DNA of 64,000 bases from a bacterium (lineage in GTDB: Bacteria; Patescibacteriota; Patescibacteriia; UBA1558; GWA2-36-10), in NCBI GenBank assembly GCA_018653315.1, contig JABIAL010000021.1:3029-67028 (forward strand), given 5' to 3'. Under the pieces are notes generated by a model. It did no database searches. It was not told the origin of the DNA and worked only from the letters and a program-made list of their open reading frames with translations. The position numbers and the translations under genes are program-made. Position 1 is the first letter of the stretch. Each line of letters begins with the position of its first letter. This document shows positions 39,032 through 47,783 of the stretch, in pieces.

Positions 39032-39546
39032 TGAGTATTTCGGCAACAAAATTAAATACAGATGAAATTATTCTCGGTATAGACCCAGGTGTAGCTGACA
39101 CTGGTTTTGGAGTAATTAAAAAAAATGGCAATAAGCTTACTTTTATAGAAGCTGGTAGCATTCAAACAGCTAAAACAGAAGACCTACCGACTCGTCTGGA
39201 AATTATTTATCAGACCATGCAAGAATTATTGTTTAAACACAAGCCAGACTTAGTAGCAGTAGAAAAATTATATTTTGCTCGTAATGTGACTACTGCCTTA
39301 GATGTTGGTCAAGCACGTGGTGTGGTTATCCTAGCTATTAAAAAACATAAAATAGATATTTTAGAATTTACGCCTTTACAGATAAAACAAGCAGTGACCG
39401 GTAGTGGTAATGCAGACAAAAGACAAGTTGGTCTGATGGTTAAGGCGATTTTACATATAGCAGAGGTTCCCAAGCCAGATGATGCGGCTGATGCGGTGGC
39501 AGCGGCTATCTGTGGGGCCTTCTTTAATAAGAAATTAGTAAAATAA
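39031..39546 (+). CDS. ruvC: Holliday junction resolvase RuvC
   Basis: ILGIDPG, VEKLYF, QARGV and PDDAADA motifs. Confidence 0.97.
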   Translation: MSISATKLNTDEIILGIDPGVADTGFGVIKKNGNKLTFIEAGSIQTAKTEDLPTRLEIIYQTMQELLFKHKPDLVAVEKLYFARNVTTALDVGQARGVVILAIKKHKIDILEFTPLQIKQAVTGSGNADKRQVGLMVKAILHIAEVPKPDDAADAVAAAICGAFFNKKLVK

Positions 39547-39549
39547 AAT

Positions 39550-41034
39550 ATGAAACCATTAAAAATTGTTTCAGTTTCAGCTGAGCTAGATCCTTTTTCT
39601 AAAACAGGTGGATTAGGTGATGTAGCTCGTTCATTGCCTAAAAGTTTACATCGTTTAGGGCACAATGTTATTGCTATTACGCCTTTGTATAGCAAGCTTA
39701 TTGATAGAAAGAAGCATAAGCTAGAAAAAATTTATAGTGACGTAAAATTACAAATTGATAAAGAAAATACCGTAAGCGTTAGTTACTACCGTGGTCAATT
39801 AATGCCTGGATTGTCTGTTTATTTTGTGCGTTGCGATAAATATTTTGGTCGTAAAAAGTGGCCGTATGTATCAGACAATGAGGGTGCTAGGTTTTATTTA
39901 TTCGATGTAGCTGCTCTTAAATTAATATCTTTATTAAAATTTAAAGCTGACATTATTCATTGTCATGATTGGCACACGGGGCTTATTCCTTATTTAAAGA
40001 AAAAGCGTTTTAATCGTAGTAAAACCTTGGCTAATACAGCGACTGTTTTTACTATTCATAATTTAACTTTTCAGGCTGGTATAAATTGGTGGGAGATTCC
40101 AGTAAAATATCGAGACAAAGGAAAGGGTTCTTTACCTTTATTTAAAGATCGAAAAATAAATTATACCAATTTTGCTAAACGAGGTATTTTATATGCTGAT
40201 ATTATCAATACTGTATCTGAAACTTATGCTGATGAGATAATCAAAAAGAATTTTGGTCAAGATTTACATCGTATTCTAGTTAATCGTAAACATAAACTTT
40301 TTGGTGTGGTAAATGGTATTGATTATAATAATTATAATCCTCAGACTGACCCAGGATTAAAGAAAAGATACTCAGTAGATACCATACATCGTAAGATTGT
40401 TAACAAGCGTCATTTACAAAAAGTATTTAAGTTGCCAGTTGATGATCGTATGCCGATTATAGGTTTTACTTCTCGTATTGCCGAACAAAAAGGGTTTGAT
40501 TTATTGCTGGATATTTTGTCTACAGTTTTATTACGTGATGTGCAGGTAATTATTATGGGCGATGGAGACAAAAATCTAATTGAGCGGATTAATAAGATGA
40601 AAAAGAAATTTCCTGGTAAAATATGTCAGTTACCATTTTATGTAAATCGTAAATTAGAATCTTTGGTTTATGCGGGTGGTGATTTTTTATTATTACCGTC
40701 TAGATTCGAACCCTGTGGTACTACTCAGATGATTGCTTTTCGTTATGGTTGTGTGCCAATTGTGCGTTCTACTGGTGGTCTGTCAGACACAGTGGTTAAT
40801 TTTGATCCTATAGATTACAAAAAAGGCAATGGCTTCACTTTTAAAAATTATAATTCCCAAGAATTATTAGTAGCCATTACTCGGGCTCTAGAAACATATA
40901 AATATAAAAACACTTGGAAAGATTTAATGCGTCGGGGGATGAGGGTTTCATTTTCTTGGGATTTACCGGCTCAAAGATATTTGGATTTATACAAAAAAGC
41001 TAAAAAATTTAAACATGAAGAAGAAAAGTCATGA
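39550..41034 (+). CDS. glgA: glycogen/starch synthase (GT5), copy 1
   Basis: KTGGLGDV, HCHDWHT, FTIHNL and PSRFEPCG motifs. Confidence 0.93.
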   Translation: MKPLKIVSVSAELDPFSKTGGLGDVARSLPKSLHRLGHNVIAITPLYSKLIDRKKHKLEKIYSDVKLQIDKENTVSVSYYRGQLMPGLSVYFVRCDKYFGRKKWPYVSDNEGARFYLFDVAALKLISLLKFKADIIHCHDWHTGLIPYLKKKRFNRSKTLANTATVFTIHNLTFQAGINWWEIPVKYRDKGKGSLPLFKDRKINYTNFAKRGILYADIINTVSETYADEIIKKNFGQDLHRILVNRKHKLFGVVNGIDYNNYNPQTDPGLKKRYSVDTIHRKIVNKRHLQKVFKLPVDDRMPIIGFTSRIAEQKGFDLLLDILSTVLLRDVQVIIMGDGDKNLIERINKMKKKFPGKICQLPFYVNRKLESLVYAGGDFLLLPSRFEPCGTTQMIAFRYGCVPIVRSTGGLSDTVVNFDPIDYKKGNGFTFKNYNSQELLVAITRALETYKYKNTWKDLMRRGMRVSFSWDLPAQRYLDLYKKAKKFKHEEEKS

Positions 41035-42188
41035 AAAAAATAAATTGGGTTAATTTTTTACACATCTATCAGCCACCTTGGCAGGACAAGGGGGTTATCG
41101 AACAGGCTTCTAGTGAAAGCTATGAGTATTTATTTGGTTTATTAGATAAGTACCCAAAGTTTATAACCACCTTAAACATTACTGGATCTTTAGTGGAGCA
41201 ATTAGAGGAATTTCGTCCGGACTTGTTAAAGCTTTTGCAGGCTTTGATAAAAAAAGGAAAAGTAGAATTAACCGGTTCAGCTAAATATCACGCTTTATTA
41301 CCATTGTTACCAACGGAAGAGATTAAAAGGCAAATTTTACTTAACGAAGAAATTTTAAGTAAATATTTTTTTAAAAAACCAGTTGGTTTTTATATGCCAG
41401 AAATGGCTTATAGTAAAAAGGTAGCCGAGATTGTAAAAGACTTTGGTTATCAATGGATCGTTTTAGATGCTATCAACCTTGATTCAAAAAAAGAAGATGA
41501 TATTTTATATGAAATCAAAAATGTTGGTTTAAAAGTTATTTTTAGAGATCGTAAGATTTCTAAAAGCTACCCAGCTGAAGTAATTTATAAAAAATTAAAA
41601 CAAAAAAACAAAAAAACAGAGACAATCATCACAGGAACAGACGGCGAAATGTATGGACATTTTCATAAAGACTGGCAAGGACATTTAGAAAAGATTTTAC
41701 AAGATGATCACTTAAGCATTCAAAGCGTCAGTCAATATATTAATAATTTAACAGATAATAAAGTTAAAAAAGTTAAATTATTAACAGCTTCTTGGGAAAC
41801 CACAGCAAAAGAGTTAAAAAAAGGCGTAGCCTTTGCTTTATGGCAAGACCCAAAAAATAAAATTCATCGAGATTTATGGAAGCTAACAAAATTAGCTATT
41901 AAAATAGTAAATCAAAATACTAAAGATTCAAGTTGGAAATGGGCTCGTTGGCATTTAGACAGGGGGCTAGCTTCTTGTACTTTTTGGTGGGCTTCAGCCA
42001 CTAAGCCCTCAGATTTTTCTCCTTTGACTTGGAATCCAGATATGATAGATAATGGTAGTGAGGAGTTAGTGCGTAGTGTTAGGTCTTTACATAAAATAAA
42101 GACCAGTCAAAGATTAAAAGCGGAGCGTCTGTATATTCAAATCAAGAAAAACACCTGGGAAACACATTGGCGTAAATATCATAAATAA
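41031..42188 (+). CDS. glycoside hydrolase family 57 protein
   Basis: HIYQP, GFYMPEMAY and TDGEMYGH conserved regions of GH57. Confidence 0.88.
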   Translation: MKKINWVNFLHIYQPPWQDKGVIEQASSESYEYLFGLLDKYPKFITTLNITGSLVEQLEEFRPDLLKLLQALIKKGKVELTGSAKYHALLPLLPTEEIKRQILLNEEILSKYFFKKPVGFYMPEMAYSKKVAEIVKDFGYQWIVLDAINLDSKKEDDILYEIKNVGLKVIFRDRKISKSYPAEVIYKKLKQKNKKTETIITGTDGEMYGHFHKDWQGHLEKILQDDHLSIQSVSQYINNLTDNKVKKVKLLTASWETTAKELKKGVAFALWQDPKNKIHRDLWKLTKLAIKIVNQNTKDSSWKWARWHLDRGLASCTFWWASATKPSDFSPLTWNPDMIDNGSEELVRSVRSLHKIKTSQRLKAERLYIQIKKNTWETHWRKYHK

Positions 42189-42207
42189 ATTTTTAATATA
42201 AAATACC

Positions 42208-43278
42208 ATGCAGAAATCAGAAGTTTCAAAGAAGGATAAAGAACAAATTGTTAAATTAGCCGACCAAGATTTTGTTACTAGAATATTGAATAAAAGGTTA
42301 GCAGAGTATTATCCAGATTTTAGTAAAATTAAGAAAATTAAATTAACGCCTTATAAACATCATATTGGTAAGACTGGCGTTGTTTTTGTGGTTGGCTATG
42401 AAATAGATTATCTTAGTACAGAGGCTAAAAATAAATCTTTACACGTTTTTGCCACCGGTCATTCAGATAATTCTCGAAAGGCAGCTTTTGAAAAGTTAAC
42501 ATTTTTGTATAACAATGGTTTTAATCAAGGAAAGTTTCAAGTTACTCGCCCTTTATTTTTTGTAGATGAGCAAAAAGGTTTTTTTTATGAAGCATCAGAA
42601 GGGAAGAGTTTATTTGCTCATTTTCAAGAAGATGATAGTTTAGATTTAAATAATGCACTCAAATTAACAGCGGGCTGGGCGCATGAGCTACATCATTTGC
42701 CAGTTGATCATAACTTTGCTTGGCCAAAATTTTCAGTTGCTAACATGATCCCATCGCCAAAACATTTTTTGCCAGATCTAATGAAGCATGATAAAGATTT
42801 TGGGCAGCAAGTAAAAAAAGTTGTGTCTGATATAAAAAATTGGGAAAAAGAGTTTAATAAATCACTAGAGCCTCATTTGATTTATGGTGATTATCATCCA
42901 GAAAACGTAATTATAGAAAGTTTAGTCACCGACCATTTGCGGATGATTGATTTTACCGATGTGGCTATAGGCGATCCAATGACAGATTTGGGTACATTTT
43001 TGCAACAGGTAGATTTTATGGGTCATCGGTTTTTTTCTCGTGATAAAATAAACCAAATAAAAAAATATTTTGTAGAAGCGTATTTTAATAAAGAGTTATC
43101 TGAGATTGAGGCAAATTTTTTTCAAAGAATGAATCTCTATCAAGCATGGACAGCATTACGCACGGCAGTATTTTTATTTTATATGCACAAAGATGATTCA
43201 GTGCATGCTTTATTTAAGGAAGTTGAAAAGTATTTAGAATTGATTAAAGAAGAAAAGAAAGAAATAAATTTACAATAA
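42208..43278 (+). CDS. APH/choline-kinase-like phosphotransferase
   Basis: LIYGDYHPENV catalytic loop, MIDF and GDPMTDLG motifs. Confidence 0.85.
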   Translation: MQKSEVSKKDKEQIVKLADQDFVTRILNKRLAEYYPDFSKIKKIKLTPYKHHIGKTGVVFVVGYEIDYLSTEAKNKSLHVFATGHSDNSRKAAFEKLTFLYNNGFNQGKFQVTRPLFFVDEQKGFFYEASEGKSLFAHFQEDDSLDLNNALKLTAGWAHELHHLPVDHNFAWPKFSVANMIPSPKHFLPDLMKHDKDFGQQVKKVVSDIKNWEKEFNKSLEPHLIYGDYHPENVIIESLVTDHLRMIDFTDVAIGDPMTDLGTFLQQVDFMGHRFFSRDKINQIKKYFVEAYFNKELSEIEANFFQRMNLYQAWTALRTAVFLFYMHKDDSVHALFKEVEKYLELIKEEKKEINLQ

Positions 43279-43281
43279 GAT

Positions 43282-43872
43282 ATGTCACACAAAATAATTT
43301 TTGAAGGAGCAGAATTAACTGGTAAGAGTTGGCTAATGAGTCAGGTCTATGACCACATTGAGCCAAAATATAACAGTGGCAATAAAATTTTAGATGGTTG
43401 TCATTGGTTTAATTGCGATGTCGGTATTTTTGGTACAAAATATGGTCAAGTAGCTTTGCAAAAGTATCTAGAATTGACCGAAGAATTAAAAGAGGCCAAT
43501 GTAATGCTAGAAAAGTTTCATCTTAGCGAAGCAGTTTACCAAAAATTATACAATAATCAAAATTTCCTGCCTGCCGGCAGACAAGGTGATTTTTCAGCTA
43601 TAGAAAATCGTTTACAAAAATTAAACACTAAAATAATCTTGGTTACTTTTCCAGAAGATGAAAAAATTATACAGGCTCGTTTACAAGATCGGCTAAATCT
43701 TTACCCCCATTATGAAAAAATAGCTCAAGCTCCAACAGACTACATAAAACAGCAACGGCTATTTAAAGAACTAATAAAGCAAAGTAAGCTAGAATATCTA
43801 ATTATAGAAACAAATAAATTACCAGATGAGAGTCTGGTTGATAAAATATTGCAATTTATTGGTGAAAAATAA
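43282..43872 (+). CDS. NMP-kinase-like P-loop protein
   Basis: IIFEGAELTGKS Walker A in thymidylate-kinase-like position; contains an LPAGRQG insert. Confidence 0.65.
   Translation: MSHKIIFEGAELTGKSWLMSQVYDHIEPKYNSGNKILDGCHWFNCDVGIFGTKYGQVALQKYLELTEELKEANVMLEKFHLSEAVYQKLYNNQNFLPAGRQGDFSAIENRLQKLNTKIILVTFPEDEKIIQARLQDRLNLYPHYEKIAQAPTDYIKQQRLFKELIKQSKLEYLIIETNKLPDESLVDKILQFIGEK
43566..43586. repeat. LPAGR-type palindrome, in-frame copy
   Basis: CCTGCCTGCCGGCAGACAAGG (21 nt); removing it restores AAT TTT GAT TTT. Confidence 0.85.
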
Positions 43873-43984
43873 TAGCTATTTATAAAAACGATTCTTCTTT
43901 AATAAGGGTCGTTTTTTGATTTTTTAATGTTTTTGATATGTGATATAATACTAGTGTTTAGTTAATATTTGAATATAAATAAAA

Positions 43985-45466
43985 ATGCAAAATAAAAATA
44001 AATTGTCCGTATTATTCGTTGGTGCAGAGTTGGCTCCGCTAGTTAAAGTAGGCGGTCTAGGTGATGTCATGGGCGCTTTACCAAAAAGTCTAGTTAAACA
44101 AGGTGTAAATGTTAGTATGATTATACCTTTTTATGGAGTTATTGATGCAAAGAAATTTAAAACCAAATTAGTTAAAAAAAATATTAAGTTTAACATTGAT
44201 GGCCAACCAGCTAAATTTGATTTATACCAGACTTTTTTGCCGGGTACCAAAATCATAATTTTTTTAGTTAAACATAAATTATTTATAAATAAGGATATTT
44301 ATGTCGGGGGACGAAGGTATATGAAAGGCAGAGTTTATTCTCGATCCATTGGTGATATTGAAAGATTTGTTTTTTTCAGCAAGGCTGTCGCTGAAACTAT
44401 TAGATCAATGAAATGGAAAATAGATGTAGTTCATGCCCATGATTGGCATACCGCTTTGTTACCAACTTTTATTGATGAATATAGTTTGGAAGATAAAAAT
44501 TTTTCTAACATCAAAACTTTATTTACGATTCATAATTTAGCTAATCAAGGAATTTCTAGTTTAGACATAGTAGATTATGGAGGCCTACATCATGATTTAA
44601 CTCCAGCCTTAATGGAGGATTATTATGATAAAGATGGTGATAAAATTGATATGATGAAAATAGGTATTTTATCAGCTGATCTGATAAATACTGTTAGCCC
44701 AAGTTATGCCAAAGAAATTTTAACTAAAGAATACGGAGAAAAATTGGAAACTTATTTACTACGTCGTAAAAAGCATTTATTTGGCATTGTAAACGGTATT
44801 GATTTGGATCTATTTAATCCTAACAAGGATAAGTTTATCTATAAAAAGTATAATGCCAAAAATAGAAAAATAAATAAGCAATTTAATAAACAAGCTTTGC
44901 AGGCTGAAATGAAATTACCAAAAGAGGATGTGCCAGTGTTAGGTTTAGTGAGTCGCTTGGTTAATCAAAAAGGTTTAGATATTTTAGTGCCGGCTTTAGA
45001 TAAATTATTAGCTAAACAAGATGTGCAGGTTATTATATTAGGTACTGGACAGCCTGAGCATGAACAGGCTTTCAAAAAATTGGCTAAAAAATATCCTACA
45101 AAATTATCTGCAAATATTACTTTTAATATTGCCATGGCTCAAAAAATATACGCTGGGAGTGATTTTTTCTTAATGCCATCTGCATTTGAGCCTTGTGGTT
45201 TAGGACAGATGATGGCTATGCGCTACGGTACATTACCATTAGTCAGGGCCACTGGTGGTCTTAAGGATACAGTGAAACATAGTATTACTGGAATAGTTTT
45301 TAAAAAATATACTCAAACAGCCATGAGAAAAGCACTTGAGCAAGCGATTAGACTTTATAAAAATAAAGTGAAGTTTAATAAGATGGTGTCCACTGCTATG
45401 CGACAAGATTTTTCTTGGGACCAGTCAGCCAAAGAGTATATTAAGCTTTACAAAAAATTAATTTAA
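43985..45466 (+). CDS. glgA: glycogen/starch synthase (GT5), copy 2
   Basis: KVGGLGDV, HAHDWHT, FTIHNL and PSAFEPCGL motifs. Confidence 0.93.
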   Translation: MQNKNKLSVLFVGAELAPLVKVGGLGDVMGALPKSLVKQGVNVSMIIPFYGVIDAKKFKTKLVKKNIKFNIDGQPAKFDLYQTFLPGTKIIIFLVKHKLFINKDIYVGGRRYMKGRVYSRSIGDIERFVFFSKAVAETIRSMKWKIDVVHAHDWHTALLPTFIDEYSLEDKNFSNIKTLFTIHNLANQGISSLDIVDYGGLHHDLTPALMEDYYDKDGDKIDMMKIGILSADLINTVSPSYAKEILTKEYGEKLETYLLRRKKHLFGIVNGIDLDLFNPNKDKFIYKKYNAKNRKINKQFNKQALQAEMKLPKEDVPVLGLVSRLVNQKGLDILVPALDKLLAKQDVQVIILGTGQPEHEQAFKKLAKKYPTKLSANITFNIAMAQKIYAGSDFFLMPSAFEPCGLGQMMAMRYGTLPLVRATGGLKDTVKHSITGIVFKKYTQTAMRKALEQAIRLYKNKVKFNKMVSTAMRQDFSWDQSAKEYIKLYKKLI

Positions 45467-45470
45467 ATAT

Positions 45471-46397
45471 ATGCCAAAATCAGAAATTAGAAAAGATTAT
45501 ATTCAGGAGAAGTATGTTATTATTGCTCCAAAACGTGGTAAAAGACCACATGATACAATCAAACCCAAGAAATATCATAAACCTTTGACAACTTGTGTTT
45601 TTTGTCCAGAATCTCTGCAAAAGACCAAGAGCTTATACCGGGTAGGTGGTAAGAATAATTGGAGTTTAAATGTTATTCCTAATAAATTTCCAGCCGTATC
45701 TTTAGATAATCCTAAAGCCTACGGACAACAAGAAGTAGTTGTTGAATCATCTGATCATACTAAGGAACTAGAGGATTTGTCGGTGACTCATATTGCTAAT
45801 TTATTGACAGCTTATCAAGAAAGAACGCGAGCTATTTCTCGTAATAAGAAAATTGAATATATTTTAATTTTTAAAAATGATGGTGGTGTAGCTGGGGCTA
45901 GTTTACAGCATGCTCATTCCCAAATTTTTGCTACTAAATTTTTACCACCTCATTTATTTGATAAATCACAACGACAGCAGGCATATAAATTAGAGCATGG
46001 TCACTGTGTTTACTGTGACGTGATTGCTAAAGAGTCTAAAAGTCCACGTTTAGTGTATAAAGATAAAAACATCATTGCTTTTACGCCATATGCTTCAACA
46101 TTTAATTATGAGATTTGGATCATGCCATTGAAACACAGAGATAATATTACAGAGTTAACTGTGGCTGAAAAGAAATCTTGGGCTAAAATTTTAAAACATG
46201 TTTTAATTAAGATTGGCTTGTTAGATTTACCTTATAATTTTTATTTTCATCAAGTGATTAATGATAATGACCAGCATTTATATATGAAGGTAGTGCCACG
46301 GGGTTCTGTTTGGGCTGGAGTAGAGATCGGATCAGGATTAATTATCAATCCAATTTTACCAGAAGACGCGGCTGAATTTTATAGGCAAGGATTGTAA
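45471..46397 (+). CDS. galT: GalT-family nucleotidyltransferase (HIT superfamily)
   Basis: CVFCP, PNKFPA, GASLQHAHSQI (HxHxQ) and CVYCD motifs. Confidence 0.85.
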   Translation: MPKSEIRKDYIQEKYVIIAPKRGKRPHDTIKPKKYHKPLTTCVFCPESLQKTKSLYRVGGKNNWSLNVIPNKFPAVSLDNPKAYGQQEVVVESSDHTKELEDLSVTHIANLLTAYQERTRAISRNKKIEYILIFKNDGGVAGASLQHAHSQIFATKFLPPHLFDKSQRQQAYKLEHGHCVYCDVIAKESKSPRLVYKDKNIIAFTPYASTFNYEIWIMPLKHRDNITELTVAEKKSWAKILKHVLIKIGLLDLPYNFYFHQVINDNDQHLYMKVVPRGSVWAGVEIGSGLIINPILPEDAAEFYRQGL

Positions 46398-46422
46398 TTA
46401 ACACTTAAGACATTTTGTAAAA

Positions 46423-46454
46423 ATAAAAACCCAGCTTTAAAGCTGGGTTTTTAT
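46423..46454. terminator. bidirectional terminator (perfect 32-bp palindrome)
   Basis: ATAAAAACCCAGCTTTAAAGCTGGGTTTTTAT between convergent galT and tyrS. Confidence 0.85.
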
Positions 46455-46462
46455 AGTTTGGA

Positions 46463-47668
46463 TTATTTTATTTTAGCAAATTTTCTTTTGCCAGCTTGGA
46501 TAATATCTCCAGATTTTATATTTATATCGTCTTTCCAAGAAGCTATTTTTTCTTTATTCAGTCTCATTCCTCCGCCGTCAATCAATCTTCTGGCCTCACC
46601 TTTTGAACTAATAAATTTTAGTTTAATTAGTAAATCAATAGGACTGATTTTTCCTATTTGCACATTGAATTCTGGCATCTCATCTGGATTTTCTTTTTTA
46701 GAAAATACTTTAGTAAAATTATCAGCAGCTAGTTGGGCTTTTTTTTCGCTATGAAATATTTTTGTTATCTCTAAGGCTAATCTTAATTTAGCATCTTTTG
46801 GATTAGCTGCTTGGATTATTTTTTTAATTTCATTTAAAGACAAATGAGTATTGTGAATAAATAATATTTCTATCATTTCATCTGGTTGAGACATAATTTG
46901 TCCGTACATGTCGTTAGCAGAAACATCTAAAAATACACCAGTGCCTTTGCTCTTAGACATTAGCTCGCCTGTCTTTGGATTTTCCATCAAAGTTACAGCA
47001 ACTACAAATTTTTCTTTGTTGTTTATTTTTCTTTGTAATGTGCGACCAGCCAAGGCATTGAAGATTTGATCTGTTCCACATATTTCTACATCTACATCCA
47101 TGGCTACACTGTCATAGCCTTGTAACATTGGGTAAAGGAATTCATGTAAATGGATAGGTTTGTTTTCTTTAAGGCGTTTTTGAAACATATCCCTTTCAAT
47201 TGTTTGTTGAACAGTAAAATTACTAGCCAACTTCATTAAATCTTCTAACTTTAGTTTAGCTAACCAGTCATTGTTGTACATTATCTTTGGCGGATTTATT
47301 TTATCTGAAAAACCCATTAATGGCCGGATTAATTTCTTCCATTTTTTTACATTATTCAATACATCTTTGCGCGTTAATTGTTTACGCGTTTTTGATTCGC
47401 CGGTTGGATCACCGATACGAGCCGTAAAGTCACCAAATAAAATTATAACCTCATGACCTAGCTTTCTAAATTTTTCTAAGAGTATAAAATTTTTGGCGTG
47501 GCTTAAATGTAAGGTTGGTGCAGTAGCATCAAAACCAATGTAAAGCTTTAATTTTTCACCGCTTAATAATTTTTTTTCAAAGTCTTCTTTTTTAGGTAAA
47601 ATTTCAACAATAGTACCCCGATCTAGCAGCTCTTGTATTTGTTTCGGATCTGTATTAACTTTAGGCAT
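46463..47668 (-). CDS. tyrS: tyrosine--tRNA ligase
   Basis: GFDATAPTLHLSH (HIGH-like), YPMLQGYD, MSKS and a C-terminal S4 domain. Confidence 0.96.
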   Translation of the reverse strand: MPKVNTDPKQIQELLDRGTIVEILPKKEDFEKKLLSGEKLKLYIGFDATAPTLHLSHAKNFILLEKFRKLGHEVIILFGDFTARIGDPTGESKTRKQLTRKDVLNNVKKWKKLIRPLMGFSDKINPPKIMYNNDWLAKLKLEDLMKLASNFTVQQTIERDMFQKRLKENKPIHLHEFLYPMLQGYDSVAMDVDVEICGTDQIFNALAGRTLQRKINNKEKFVVAVTLMENPKTGELMSKSKGTGVFLDVSANDMYGQIMSQPDEMIEILFIHNTHLSLNEIKKIIQAANPKDAKLRLALEITKIFHSEKKAQLAADNFTKVFSKKENPDEMPEFNVQIGKISPIDLLIKLKFISSKGEARRLIDGGGMRLNKEKIASWKDDINIKSGDIIQAGKRKFAKIK

Positions 47669-47783
47669 AATAATGGAATTTTTAATTAATTATATTTAAA
47701 TTATAGCTTATTTCTGGTATAATTTAAATACCTTGAATCAGGGTTAATAATAACACTCTATTATAGTATAATTTTAATGAAAT

